Shown here: positions 26,321 through 41,224 of the stretch, in pieces
Numbering within the stretch: position 1 is the stretch's first letter
Layout: each line of letters starts with the position of its first letter
Origin: Chrysomallon squamiferum
Lineage: Eukaryota; Animalia; Mollusca
DNA length: 64,000 nucleotides
Direction of reading: 5' to 3'
Assembly: GCA_012295275.1 (NCBI GenBank)
Contig: CM022673.1
Location: 14,074,001-14,138,000 of the forward strand
Notes under the pieces: generated by a model
Seen by the model: only the letters and a program-made list of their open reading frames with translations
Told to the model about the DNA's origin: nothing
The model's database searches: none
Translations under genes and position numbers: made by a program

Positions 26321-27473
26321 CCATAATGAGACAAAACTATTCTATAACTGAGAAATTTATCTTATTTTTCAAATCAGTTGTTTTAAAGCGATACATAATT
26401 AATTATATATAACTTAGGAGAGAAAATAACAAAATATTCTTACCTTTATTTCAGGTGAAAGATTGGTTGTGTTTAATCTTTGAAATCAACTTTTATATAG
26501 ATTCAGTGGGATCAAAAAACACTTAACAGTATTAAAAAAAAGCAGTAAATTTACAAACGTAATTACGACTTACATAACATGTACTCTTTAATGTACAGCT
26601 AATGTTGAGATTTCTTCTAATTCAGACTGACAGACTCATTTATCTCATCTAATAAGCCGTAACCTTTGAAAAAGAAACTTCGTCATGTATACTGAGGTAC
26701 AAAAGAAATTCACACATATAGACTAAAACAGTAATAAATGAATAAATAAACAATAATTAGTGTCCAGAATCATTTTCCAAATATATGCTTATATGTGTGT
26801 ACATGTATATTTGTTGATGTGTGTGACTGTTTGTGTGTGTGTGCGTGTGCGTGTGCGTAGATGTGTATGTATTTATATATGTACGTACGTATGTATGTAT
26901 GCATGTATATGTTTATGTAATATAGACATCTCTATGACAAAATATATACTTTATTTCCTTCTTAATATAAATTGTTATTGTTAATATTTTTGCCTTGAAC
27001 TTAATTATTCTGAGATTTTTTCTTATTACAATAAGCAGGTGGTTTTGTGTTTTTTTTGTTTGTTTTTTTGTTATAGAACATTCTATATAAAGTGACAGGA
27101 TTGTAAAGTGATATGTATTAAGTACATCTGGACTGAAATGATGTCACAGAGTTTATAAAACTGAAATTCATTCTGATTTAGTAATTTAGCTATTATGTTT
27201 TGAAATGTTCAAGTATGGTATGTACTGTACTGTTTCAGTTAATTAAAACTATTAAAATTTAGGAATATAGCATATTTATAGTTTAATATAAAAGAGTAAA
27301 AAAGACATTCCACTTGTTTAATTTATTTTTCAGAAATAATCAGCTTTTATGTTTAATTATGCTGAATTGTTGTAGAATACAGTTTGATTAACACATGAAC
27401 GAGTCTCTGAGAGAGGGAGAGAGAGAGAGAGGGAGGGAGGGAGGGAGGGAGAGAGAGAGGGAGAGGGAGAGAG

Positions 27474-27615
<142 letters not shown>

Positions 27616-28136
27616 AAAAACAAGAGAAACACACAGAAACAGACATATAGCATATCAGCAGAGAGTACAAGAAACTACAGAAAAACAGAACAAAGAAAAC
27701 GAAATTATATTTTTATTTCAAATTAAACTACATATATCTTTTCTACAATATACAAACAAAATGTTCTAAGTAAAAAAAAGAAATGTGAATCTCCCTAAAA
27801 ATGTACAAATACTATGCTTTATATCTGTATATGTATATGTATAAAAAGAGAGTTACTTCCCCTGAGAAACAAATTATCTTTCCTTCCACGCGACAGATCC
27901 GTGTATCTTATTAACTTTGTACATTTTCATCGATTTGTGAAGATATAGTAATAAATAAATGATTAACCGTATTTTAAAACCCATATCAAATTATATAAAT
28001 AAATAAAACAATAAAATTAACTGTTTGGATATGTTGTTATACCCAGCACTATGCTCAATAGTTCGATAATGTTATTGGTTCACTCACATTGGTTCACTAC
28101 AGCATCTAATAATAATTAACTGTGGTGCGAGACCAG

Positions 28137-28929
28137 CTACCACAAGTCAAACAGTCCGTCCATCATCCTCCAGTAGTAAAGTTGCTGAATAAAGTTGTTT
28201 CTTCCCGGACGCCTCCACGGCGCTTGAATCGTCGCTGGGACTTGGTTCCCAAACAAAAAACCTCGTCCACGTCCTTGTGTCCAACCCTGCCGGGCAGTCT
28301 GGCTTCCATATGTACCCATCCGTCCACCAGAGGGCAGTGTCTGTGGTTTACCTTGAACTTGTGACGGCAACTTTCCTGAAGCGATCGGACTGGCTCCGTG
28401 TGAGACAGCGATGTTCGAGTGTCCTGTTACTGAGAAACACAGAGTAGAAATCACTGGTACTAATATACAGCTAAACTTTGTAAATAAATAAATAAGAACT
28501 AAATAAGTAAGTAAGTAAATAAGTAACTAATAAAATCATTTTATAAAATGTAAGTATTATACCAATAATATTAAAATTATTTTTCTGTTTATGTTACATT
28601 CATGTCTGATTACGTTGTTTTTTTTTTTTTTTTTTTTTTTTTACTTCTTTTTCATTTTAACTGTAATTTCAAAATACGAACAAATAAAGTCTTACCTTCC
28701 TTATTTATTTAATAACAAAGTAAATAAATTTCTGTTATTATTTTGCTATGCACTGAACTGATTTAACGCACTTCGTAATATGATTATTAATAAATTATCA
28801 CTTTAATTTGCCTAAGTTTATCTTACTGTTTTGCTGAATAATGGTTACAAGAAACTCACATGCAACATCAACGACGTGAACTACAGCTACACCGACAGCG
28901 AGAAACGCGAGGAAACACAGAGAACTCAT
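28137..28929 (-). CDS. G6: small secreted Gly/Gln/Arg-rich orphan peptide (120 aa)
   Basis: Exons 28929-28860 (MSSLCFLAFLAVGVAVVHVVDVA) and 28429-28137 (TGHSNIAVSHGASPIASGKLPSQ...GRGRGFLFGNQVPATIQAPWRRPGRNNFIQQLYYWRMMDGLFDLW*). 5'UTR exon donor near 29371. Confidence 0.85.
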
Positions 28930-29170
28930 TCTGACTTCGTGGTGAGGTATCTGAAATAAACGATGTGTTTAGAAAACACGTTTTTTTCTTTAATATACAT
29001 CATTGGAAATCTTTAAATAAGTGACTGAAAGCTTTACATTAAAAAATAATAAAAGGAATGAAATAAAAAGAATCAATCACTGAGTAAGAAAGGAAATGTA
29101 TGAATGAATTAAAAAGATGAATAAAGGATAAGAAATAAAACACACGATCTGAGTGAATAATAACAAAAAA

Positions 29171-29213
<43 letters not shown>

Positions 29214-31249
29214 ACAAATAAACAAATAAATAAATAAACAAACGAGAGTATTAAAAAAAAATCGAAGAATGATGTTCTTGAGGAAAATGTTGTTTACTAA
29301 AAGAAACACAAACATTTTTCACATAACAAAGCGTAAGTCTGATTAATATATTTTTACTAACAGCTACTCACCAGTGTAGAATGCCAGAAATTTATTTACA
29401 GCCACCACATAAATACTGTTAACTAAAAGTCACTGTCCAATCGTAACGTAATTTAACACATTAATGTGTTTATTTCGTGTTGACTTATAGATAGTACCAC
29501 CTTCATCATCATTATTCATGTTAGCAAAACGTTTTTATTTACACACATTAACTAAAACTAGGACGTCCAAGGTTACAGCAAAAATGAAGAAGAAAAAAAT
29601 TCTTGATACAGTTGCCAAAAGTACAGATTCGTTTGCTTTTATTCTTTCTTTGTAAGGGAGGGACAGCGAAATTTAACAAGAGATGTTTTAGTAAAGAACT
29701 CCATTAATTCCTCATCATAAAATTTATAAATGACCTGAGACGTTTGACGCTGTTTTCTGTTTTAAAACCAAACTGGGGTTAGTTTCGTATCCCAATCAGA
29801 CATCACCCTGGTTTCCAAGCAATCACTAAGGAAACACAGTATTTTATTGTGACCAGTGTATATAAAAATAAGCCTTGCTGTTAATATTATAAAATATTTT
29901 ATTGTGTAAAAATAATGATAAAAAAAAAAAATAAAATAGTCACTCTCGTCCCCCAAATCTGCGCATGTTTTTTTATATTCATTACCTGAACATTGTAATT
30001 AAATATAGGTGGTAAACAAAACTATTTTCTTGACAGAAAAACAATTTAAGTAACGATAAATCGTTTTCGATCAGAATATATAATTTTCTTTCAACTGAAA
30101 AACAAATTTATTACCATTCACTGTTTTAATGACAGAATCGTGTCTGGAAGTAAAACATTAAAAGCAACAGTTTTACTAAAATTAGTATTTACTATATTAC
30201 CTGACACTTAAATCTATATTACAAATATAAAACTCTATTTACGTTATCTTTGATTGTAAACATTTTATTTATTTTGAAAAGTGTCACGTACAGTTCAGTA
30301 AGCATGCCTGAACATGTAGCTCTACTGGGAAAGCATTTGAATATGTAATATATGACAACCAATCAGAAAAGAGTACGGAATCATGTGACTGCGTTATACT
30401 AATTAGTGTCGATTATATGTTATCGACCCCATAATTATGTAAACTGATAAAACAAACAGAAAAGTTAATGTTTTATGTTGTAAATATTGAACTGTTACTA
30501 TTTTAAATAATGAAAATATGATCTTTATATTTTGCCTGGTTTTTAAACAGAGGTTTTATAATATATGATGTCTTCTTTAATAGTAATTTAAGATATATTT
30601 AAAAGTTCATTGACAGTGTTTTCTATTTACTAACTGTTTTCTGATTTATGAAAAATTCTAACACCTTGAATTTTCGTTTAACGTTTTGTTAGACATGGAT
30701 TTGAGTTTTAATTACTGATATACCAGTTAAAAGTTTATAATTATTGTTGTTGAAATAATCATTAACAATTACCAATAACATTTTTTTTTTTTTTCTTTCT
30801 TTTTTTTATTCAAAATACAGTGAACGAATGAAAGAAAAAATTGGATTTGTATTTTTTGAATCTTTATTAAAGAATATTTATTTTGTGTTTATTTTATTAT
30901 TTTTTTCTTCTTTAACCTTGGACGTTCTTGTTTTAGTTAATGTGTGTAAACAAAAACGTTTTGCTTACATGAATAATGACGATGAAGGTGGTACTATCTA
31001 TAAGTCAACACGAAATAAACACATTAACGTGTTAAATTACATTACGATTGGACAACGACTTTTAGTTAACAGTATTTAACCTTGTAAACACATTTCTGGC
31101 ATTCAACGCTGGTGAGTAGCTGTTAGTAAAAATATATCAATTAGACTTACGCTTTGTTATGTGAAAAATGTTTGTGTTTCTTTTACTAAAGAAATTTGTT
31201 TTTTCAAGAAGAACATTCATTCCTTTATTTATTTATTCATTTATGTATG

Positions 31250-31283
<34 letters not shown>

Positions 31284-31730
31284 TGTATGTATGTATGTAT
31301 GTATGTATGTATGTATGTATGTATGTATGTATGTATGTATGTATGTATGTATGTATATATATATATATATATATTTATTTATTTATTTATTTACTTGCTT
31401 ATATCTTTATTTTTCTTATCCTTTATTCATCTTGTTTAATAAAGTCATACATTTCCTTTCTTATTCAGTGACTGATACGTTTTATTTCTTTCGTTTTATT
31501 ATTTCTTAATGTAAAGCTTTCAGTCACTTATTTAAAGATTTCCAATGAAATATATTTAAAAAAAACGTGTTTTCTAAACACATCGTTTATTTCAGACATC
31601 TCACCACGAAGTCAGAATGAGTTCTGTCTATTTCCTCCCTTTTCTCGCTGTCATTGTAGCTGTTGTTCACGTCGCTGATGATTCAGGTGAGTTGCTTGTA
31701 ACCATGGTACAGCAAAACACTAAGATAAAA
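28800..31730. repeat. Inverted segmental duplication (arms ~28800-29575 and ~30910-31730; homology extends to the last exons ~28210-28480 vs ~32200-32460)
   Basis: For example, ataaaggataagaaata and acataacaaagcgtaagtc on the left arm are matched in reverse complement on the right. The arms carry the promoter, 5'UTR exon and signal-peptide exon of G6 and G7. Confidence 0.9.
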
Positions 31731-32474
31731 CTTTGACTTTTTATTAATAAGCAAACTATGAATTAGGTTAAGTCAATACAAAACAAAAACAAAAATCTAT
31801 TTATTTACTTTGTTACTAAACACATAAGGAAAGCACTGCTTCACTTGTTTGTATTTTGGAGCTAGAGTTAAAATTAAACCTGACAAGTAGTGAAAAAAAC
31901 AATCAGTCATGAAAACAATATAATTAGAAAAAGAATTTTGATAATAGCACATAATTTCAGTAAATAATTATCAGCTGTAATGAAATCTTTCAGTTTTTAA
32001 AAAGTCTTACGAAATTTATTTATTCATCTATTTTTTCTACCTATGTAATCAGTATGTTTGTATATGAATCTTTTTGTGTATATATCTGTGTATATGTGTG
32101 TCTCTCTATCTATCTATCTCTGTATTTATCTGTCTGTCTGTCTGTCTCTCTGTCCGTCTGTCTCTCTGTTTCTCTATCTGTCTGTCTCTCTCTATATATA
32201 TATGTTTACAAGTGTAGCTGTGTATTAGTATCAGTGATATCTGGATGTATTCAGTAGCAAGGCGCTCAGACTTTCTAGTAACGTCTGAACATATAAAGGT
32301 AAACGAAATAATCCACGCAAACGCCCAGGTTCACACTCAGGTCAGTGAGATGCGTATACAAGCCAAACTGCCCACCGAGGTTGGACACAACGAAGTGGAC
32401 AACGTTTCTTGTTTCGGAACCAAGTTCCAGCGACGATACTAGCGCCATGGAGACGTCCGGCAAAGTGCGGGTGA
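31617..32474 (+). pseudogene. G7: inverted paralog of G6, frameshifted and truncated (pseudogene or 85-aa neo-peptide)
   Basis: Exon 31617-31686 (MSSVYFLPFLAVIVAVVHVADDS) splices in phase 1 to 32255, and that frame is open to 32442. The G6-homologous text (AYTSQTAHRGWTQRSGQRFLFRNQVPATILAPWRRPAKCG*, 32352-32474) lies in a different frame, and the YWRMMDGLFDLW tail is missing. Confidence 0.7.
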
Positions 32475-32632
32475 ACCGTTAAAAAGTACACAAATAATTT
32501 GTATCATGTAATTATTACATACTATCCAGCTGTATATATATATATATATGGACCTGTCTCATGGAAAGAAATGTAATTTGTTTCTTAGGGGAAATAACTC
32601 TTTATTTATTTTTTTATTTTATTTTATATTTA

Positions 32633-32708
<76 letters not shown>

Positions 32709-33289
32709 GTTGTTGTTGTTGTTGTTTTTGTTGTTCTTTTGGTGTTTTTTTTTTTTTTTTTTTTTTTTCTATATCTGAGAATTAAGATATAGTAAGTCAA
32801 GACTAGGACATGTTTTTTGTTTTCTTTTCTTTTTTGATATTTTGAGTTTTACTGTAGAAAAAATATATGTATTATTTTTATATTAATAACAAAGAATATG
32901 TAAAAAAAATTGAAATAAAAATATAAATACATTATTTCTCGTTGTAGTCTGTATCTCTGTGATACATTAAACCGCAGATTTCTAAATGTATTTAAATACA
33001 AAAATTAAAAAACCCCGCTTAAATACGCATGTCGGAGCTGCAGATATCTCAATGTATTTAAAAGAAAAACGTCCAAGCAAACATTTTTTGGATGACTGAA
33101 TTGTCTCTGGGGTTATAGAGTCACACAGTCTGTGACGTAATCCGCGGTTCGATATGTTTTTCTTCTTCAAGTTGAAAGTGTAGGCACATTTTGTCGTTAG
33201 GAATGACAAATATATATCGCAATATTAGACAGAAAAATGTGTGAAATATTCCTGAAATTTCTTTGTAAAATATTCAGTCCTCATACTAT

Positions 33290-33384
33290 TCTGAAAATTT
33301 AATTAATAATATTTTGTAGGACATCTGCCAGTCAAAAATGTTTGCTTCAGCATTCTTTCATTTAAATATACCTCTCTCTTCTTC

Positions 33385-33428
<44 letters not shown>

Positions 33429-33490
33429 TAATAATAATAATAATAATAATGATAATAATAATAATAATAATAACAATAATAATAATATAA
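33290..33490 (+). mobile_element. 3' fragment of an interspersed repeat with (AAT)n tail, copy 2
   Basis: Near-identical to 16531-16630 and followed by (AAT)n. Confidence 0.6.
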
Positions 33491-34740
33491 TAGTCTTTTC
33501 AAATGTGAAAAAGGAAATATTTTTAAAAGTTAAAGAAACATTAAAAGTAATATTGGTGAAATAAACGAAATATTTCTTTACAGACGTATGCATTAATCTT
33601 TTTCTCGGTTATTTTCTTTCTTTGTTTTTCTTTTTCTTTTTCTTCCTTTTTAAAAAAAAAAAAATAATAATAATAAAAAATTAAAATAAAATAAGATAAA
33701 TAAATAAATATTCCCCAGTATTAAAGAAGTAAAGACTTCCACAAATAATCTGTACCTTCATGCTAAATATTTTTACGCTTATAAAATTTCAAAACTATTT
33801 CTTAAGTTATTAAGGAATAAATTTTGGAATTACGACGACAGTACAGGGGGTATTAAGAAGCATCGCCCTAGGGTAAGTTACGTTATGTAAACATTTGGGT
33901 TGTGAGTAAATATGACAGATATTAATGAATGTGCTATTTTTGTAAATCAAACTGGAACAAGAACAAAAGAACAATTATTAACAGTTTTATAACTGCGTGG
34001 TAAAAGTCTTCATGCTGGACTAGTAACTTTCAGTTACATAATACAACTCAAAGACTTAGGCAGGCTACAAGATCACGATGGTAAGTGATTTTGTTTTTTG
34101 TGTAAATATATCAGTAACTGTACTAGCCCGTCTTATAACCACACACAGACATGCCCAGACAAAGACACAGAGAAAAATACATACATAAATATATATACAC
34201 ACACACATACATATTTTACATACATACACACATATACATACATACATACATACATACATAAACAAATACATACACACATATATATACATATATGTGTGTG
34301 TGTGTGTGTACATACATATATTTATATATGTGTGTGTACATTCTTACAAACATATATACATATAAATATGTAGCAAATATACAATATAAAACAATACAAA
34401 TTTATTTATTTGTATATTTATTTATATATTTATTTGTTTATTTTTTTATTTATGAGAGAGAGAGGTACTCACAAAACACTTGACACATTCAGTAGTTAGT
34501 ATTTTATTTTGATATCAAAGCAACAACAACAACAACAACAACAATAATAATATAGTAACAATAACAATAAGAATGATAATACTAATAACATTATCAACAT
34601 CATCATTTTTATTATTATTGTTGTAGACTGCTTTTTGTGTTCTTGTTGTTGTTCGTCTTTTGTTGTTCGTTTTGCTTTGTTTTTGTTTGTTTGTTTTGTA
34701 TTTTATACTTATTAAAGATTTATATTTTTTTAATTCACAG

Positions 34741-35104
34741 ATGAAACTGAACGTCGTGCTCGTTTTCCTTGTTCTGCTGTTTGTCTGTCAGACAGTTTGT
34801 TCACGAGGTGAGTTTTAACTGAGTATGTCTGTGTTAGTCGTTTATATACAGGAATCAGAATGATCTGCTCCTGCTAGTGTTTGTTCTTTAGATAAATCTA
34901 GTTGACGGTCCTTGTAGATATTTTCTCTTCTGAATTACTTCTAAATTAAATCTGGGTCCAGTTTGTAAACAGAACGCACTGTTTTAAAGTCCTGTCAGGT
35001 AAACGTAGCATGTCTGACTGGTTATTCTTTTATTTATTTATTTTATTTTGTTTTATTTTAAATTAGTAAGTCCATTCTCAGTTTTCAGTGAATAAATTAT
35101 TATT

Positions 35105-35138
<34 letters not shown>

Positions 35139-36870
35139 TATGGTGTGTGTGTTGGTGTAGGGTATGTTTGTGTATGTATGTGTGTGTGTGTGTGTATTGT
35201 GAGTGTCTAGTGCATGTTGTGTTTGTATGTGGTTGTGTTTGGTGTGTTTGTGTCTGCGTGTGTGTGTGTATGTGTGGTGTATGGAGTGTGTGTATGTGTG
35301 GTTGCGTTTGGTGTGTTTGTCTCTGTGTAAATGTGTGTTTGTGTGTGTGTTATGTGTGGTAGAGTCGGGTGTGTCTGGTACACAGAGTGTTTATCTGTAG
35401 TGATATTAGGTGTGTTTGTTTCTGTGTATCTCTGTGTGTGTGTGTTGTGTAATGGTGAGTTATCTGAGAGTAGAAAAGAGTAGTTTTGTTTTGAGTTACG
35501 CTTTCTCTACCAATGATTGTCCCAGGCACGTTTTTACGTTACTTCTTTCTTTATGTTAGCTGTATTTGTACACTGCCTGTATTGTACAGTTTCATACTTT
35601 GAGTATTTTTCAAACATATATTTTTGTATTACTTGTATTTTGCGTTACGTGTATTTCTAATTACCAATATTTTCCTATTACTGTATTTTTCGTTATGTGT
35701 ATTTTTTAAATTACTGTATTATTCGTCATGTGTATTTTTTAAATTACCTGTATTTCTGTTTATCTTTGTACTTTGCATTTCGTGGGTGACAGGAAATCTG
35801 TCAAGTCGCTGAAGCAGAGAAACAGGGAGAGACTTGTCGTGACTTGTTTATCCTGTTTGTCTGTCTGTCTGAACACTTCTTATATTTCTCTTATAAATAA
35901 TGAAATTGTTGCGGCATGACACATGCTAGGTCACTGGATCAACTCTCGCCTATACGCCCAGTGAAATATTTCCCTCACAAGCAATTTCTCACGACTGTGT
36001 ATCGATGGCTATCTGTTTTTTTGTTTTCCTCGCTATGGGAAGACGTTTATGAAATATCTCTTTGTATTAGCCAATAAACGTACATACAATGGAGGCAGAA
36101 CGTTCCGTAACTCATTTTATTATTACTATGACATGCAATAACAAGAATTAATAGAAAACATATCCAGCTGGTTTACGTGTTTAAGTGCCTTTATATGTCT
36201 GTGTTCATGTTTCTGTGTGAGTGTGTGTGTGTGTGTGTATTTACATATGTATATACACGTTTGTGCACCTCTGTGTATATTTATTGTTGTGTATGAGCCA
36301 CAGTGTTTTTGTATATATTATATATTTACGTGTGAATATTTACTTCACTGTCTATAATTTTCTGATATCTGCATTGTGATAACCTGAAACTAACTATCAG
36401 CAGATATTAGGTGTCTGTGTATTTAAGTAAATGATGATAAAAGATTTCTCTTCTCTAAAAGCTAGGTATCGCAATTTCATTTTATTTCACTGAATCTATT
36501 TTAAGACCTATTACATCTTTTACTACAGGTATATTACATTATTATACCAAATGTACAATTTAGAATTAGTCTGTTTAATAATATATCAGTAATGTGTGTA
36601 CGTTGTAAAAGTGTAAACCTTTGTTTAACGATAACCTAGCACAAAAATATTGGGTGATCCTGTAAATGTATTCAGTCTATAAAATGAATAACTTTTTTGA
36701 TGAGTATACATGACTTTGTAGATAACAACCAGACACGATTTGCAGTCGGGCCGGCCACTCCCATGGCGTTGCCACCGTTCGCTCGGCCAACCCAGTCGCC
36801 GATGTCGTCGTTCCTGAACCAATGGCTCAAGTTGAGACTGTGGATGATGATTATGGATGAATTTATCTGA
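34741..36870 (+). CDS. G8: small secreted Pro-rich orphan peptide (~71 aa)
   Basis: Exons 34741-34807 (MKLNVVLVFLVLLFVCQTVCSR, ATG directly after a cacag acceptor) and 36722-36870 (DNNQTRFAVGPATPMALPPFARPTQSPMSSFLNQWLKLRLWMMIMDEFI*). AATAAA at 36911. An upstream exon ending ...ATG|gtaagt at 34080 may add one Met. Confidence 0.82.
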
Positions 36871-37027
36871 CACTGACGAAATGTCTGTCATCTTCAGAGA
36901 AAATGTACTAAATAAAATTATACTTAAAATCGTCAAATAATCTTGTTATTTATTTGTTTGTTTATATTTTATTTATTTATTTATTTATTTATCTTTATTT
37001 ATTTATATTTATCTATATATCTATCTT

Positions 37028-37111
<84 letters not shown>

Positions 37112-38622
37112 GCTATCTATCTGTCTGTCTGTCTGTCTGTCTATATGTCTGTCTTTCCCCCTTTGTTTTCTATTTTATTTGTTTGATTGTTTAAAACTGA
37201 AACGGCAAACCCACACTCACCTACTCATGTGTTATCATCGTCATTATTAATCAATCATTTTGAGAAGTAATCAACAACATTATTCAAATTTTGATGTTTG
37301 TGTGAGATGGCATTGATTGTATTATATATATATATATATATATAAAGAAAAGAAAGAAAAAGCAACAGATGTCTAAATAAGAACTAAATGGCTGAAGCGT
37401 GAAGCAAAAGAACAGGTTAATCTGTTGCCTTTTCAAGAAAGCTGAACATGAAATATATTTTATGTTGACATGAGAATTTGGACAATGACAAAATCAGACA
37501 CAAATCGTTTAAAACAATTTACTATGTTCTCTCAGTAAAAAGATAGTTAATTAAACATTATAAAATATATAAAGTCTTAGAAGTGAGTAAACACACACAC
37601 CGATTTGGAAATAGATTATTGTATAAAACATTAAAATAATGAATGACAGAATCAAATATATATGCCGACAAATATCCAGATACAACGCACTGTTATAAAT
37701 AAATATATTTGGATAATATCACATAAACTTATTTAATAAGAAACGTTTAAACATTCGACAAATAAATCGATTAATATAAACGTATATAAATATATCGAAA
37801 CACAAACCATTTAATACAAACATACGTATAAAAATCAACACATAAACTTATTTAATACAAACATACGTATAAATAGATCGACAAAATAACTTGTTTAATA
37901 ACTAAATTATATGTATTTAATTAAACGATACGCAAACTCATCTAATACAAACATACACACACAAAATAGAGAGATCGACAAACGTATCTATTTTATTATT
38001 TTTATGCAATGTCTATGTTAAAACAGATAATAATCGACAAAATAAATAAATAAATAACAACTAAACTATATATATAATGCAATTTCATTAAACAATAATA
38101 TAGCAAAAGACACAAACACAACATATAAAGTGCACACACACACACACACATATAACATAAATATATAGAAGAGAGAGAGAGAGAGAGGGGGGGCGTGGCA
38201 GAAATTAATAGTCACACAGTTGGTAACTGTTATTTTAAATTATTTCTATAATTTAGGTATATGTTTTCTAAGTGTTAATAAAACATTATTGTTCAAAACC
38301 TCTATAATCTAAAAAATTGTTCTCTTAATACCATCAGTACTCTAAGATTTTGACATTATCCAAATTTATTGTAACTAAATGATGCAGTAATTTTAAATCC
38401 TAAGACTACCCCATCACTGGTAAATGTCAGATTAATTATCTACATTTATTTATTATTTTACTTTTTATTATTATTATCTTGGCATCTATTTTAATGCTAC
38501 TCTTATATCGTTAAATCTTTTGAAAAGTGCCCTTTTAATTTGTATGAAATTCTCCCAACATTTTCAACCCTAACCTCGTCAACAGTAATTATATCAATTT
38601 TACTCGCATTCCAACACACACC

Positions 38623-38629
38623 TATAAAA
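38623..38629 (+). promoter_or_regulatory. TATA box of G9
   Basis: TATAAAA followed about 45 nt later by a 5'UTR exon donor (tag|gtaag, ~38673). Confidence 0.55.
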
Positions 38630-38734
38630 CACGAGCACATATTGCAAACAGAAAACTGTTGTGTACAAGATAGGTAAGACAAATTAATTTATTTTTAAGC
38701 ATGATTGCCACTAGAATGTCAAAATATATTTTAG

Positions 38735-38765
<31 letters not shown>

Positions 38766-38921
38766 CGTAGTAAAATATATTTTGACATTTTACATAAACA
38801 TTCATATATACATACAGATGTAAACACACTTAAATACAAAGATACACATACATACATATATATATATATAAGACCAATAATATTATTAATTTTAGATTGC
38901 AGTTTCAAAATATTTACAAGT

Positions 38922-39968
38922 ATGTCGTCATTTACGAAACCCTACCTGATTCTGGCTGTGTTGCTTTGTTTAGGTAAGTTCTCAACTTTTATTATTGCCA
39001 AAATTATTAATTCTTCGTTTGATAATCGGTATTGTTTTATTTTGTTATATTACTCTTTGATAAGCCGCGTTATTTTTATAGTTTAATGTTACCTTAGTAT
39101 TATTGTTTGTATATAATTACTAATTTTATCTTAGGTTTTCTTGTCCTTGTACTTTAGTTGGCAGATAACGGTCTTTCAAACTATAGATCCTGTTTTAATA
39201 CAGTATTTGTTTATTACTACATTAAATTATATTTAGATATCGTTTGAATTATTTATTTATTTATCATTATTTTTTATTTGTTTACTTATTTATTGATTTT
39301 TTTTTTCAAATGTTAGTAATATAAAAGTGGTTTGGTGTTTGAATTTATTCAGTGTTTGATAATGTCGTTTTTTCAAAAACTGAAAAACTATTTCACCATT
39401 GTTATAAGATTTATTTTTATATTAAATATTTTTAAGTGTTTATACATAGACACAGAGATATATATGAATACACGCATACATGCACATGTATCCATCCATC
39501 CATACATACATACCTACATATGCACATACATACATACCTACATATGCACATACATACATACCTGCATACAAACCTACATAGCACACACACGTACGTACGT
39601 AATATACAAACACATAATACATACATACATACATATCATACATACGTACATATATATAAGAAGCCATCCATAATTTATAACCACTTTATTTTTTGTTTTT
39701 TAGGACATACAAAAGATTCTAATAATCATCCTATTCATCGTTAACATGATCATTATAGAAATCATCATTATCCATAATCACTATAACTGTTGCTTTCTTT
39801 CACTTCGTAGCAACAACATCTGTTTCCCAGCTACCATTTGACTCGCCATATTGGCTCGCGAGGCGATCGTATCGACCAATGAGACGCTCGATGATGTCAC
39901 AGGCATCAAGATGGATGAGGAGGCTGCAACTACAACTGATGGAAGAAATGTTGGACGGTTTTTTCTAG
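38922..39968 (+). CDS. G9: small secreted Arg/Met-rich orphan peptide (69 aa)
   Basis: Exons 38922-38973 (MSSFTKPYLILAVLLCL) and 39811-39968 (ATTSVSQLPFDSPYWLARRSYRPMRRSMMSQASRWMRRLQLQLMEEMLDGFF*). AATAAA at about 40040 and 40066. Confidence 0.82.
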
Positions 39969-40828
39969 TTTTGAGCCAAGAAATAACATTTAAAATACTG
40001 CTGTTATAGACTATTGGAATTTCGTTATCGTTCAGTTATAATAAAAACCGAAAATAATGATAGAAAATAAAACATGGCACTCCTTACAAACATCTATAAT
40101 TTGTTTATTATGTTTGTTTCTTTTTAACAAGAATGAATGATTTATTTGTCTTTATCCCATTCAAAATGACAGTGTTGAAGCGCATACTGTCTATATGCAA
40201 AGTCTAATAAGACGTACAAAAGACATACATGTGTACATACAAACGTTCACATGCGTTTTTGTTTATGTGTATGTGTATGTTTGTATGTATGTATGTATGT
40301 AGAAATGCACGTGTGTATCTCTATATATATACATACACACACACATATATGCATACATACATTTACATATGTGTGTGTGTATGTACGCACATGTATATGC
40401 ATGTACAATTACAGTAAAAACAGTAATGAGAAATAAGAAATCACACAGTGACACGCATACCATACTTCTAGAAACTATACCAATACGTCACATACCTTAC
40501 TTACATCTGTCTTTCATTGTCCAAACCTTGACCAGCGGTCATTAGCCCGCCTTGATTTATGTAACACTTTTAATATGTCGTACGCTGTGTTTCTCTACTA
40601 CGTTGTGTACAACTGTTTATTTTATTACCGCTGTTTTCTACGGTGATAGTTTGTTACATGTCTCTGTAGTCTTATCTTATAGGATTTTATTAAAATATTT
40701 TACTGAACTAAACAGTAATGAAAATAAATTATTCTGTCATCCTAATGTTCCATATTCACCTTAATGATACGCACACAGGAATATAATTGATCAATCATGA
40801 TTATCGTCATTATTGTCATCATTATTAC

Positions 40829-40907
<79 letters not shown>

Positions 40908-41224
40908 ATTATTATTATTATTATTATTATTGTTGTTGTTGTTGTTTATGATGATGATGATTTTTCGGTTGTAGTTATTATTATTATTATTATTATCACA
41001 TAAAATCTAAAAAAAATTACATACATCAGCGGCACACAATGAATTTTTCCATGGTACGACTCAGACACTTTGAAAATATCTAAACATTTTATTTTAGTAT
41101 TGTCCGAAATAATGTATGAACAAATATTCACAACTAAAACAGTCACATGCTAGGACAGACTGGTTAGATATACGTATTACCGTTACCCTTACATGCATAA
41201 ACATAGGAATGTGCCCTATTTGTT

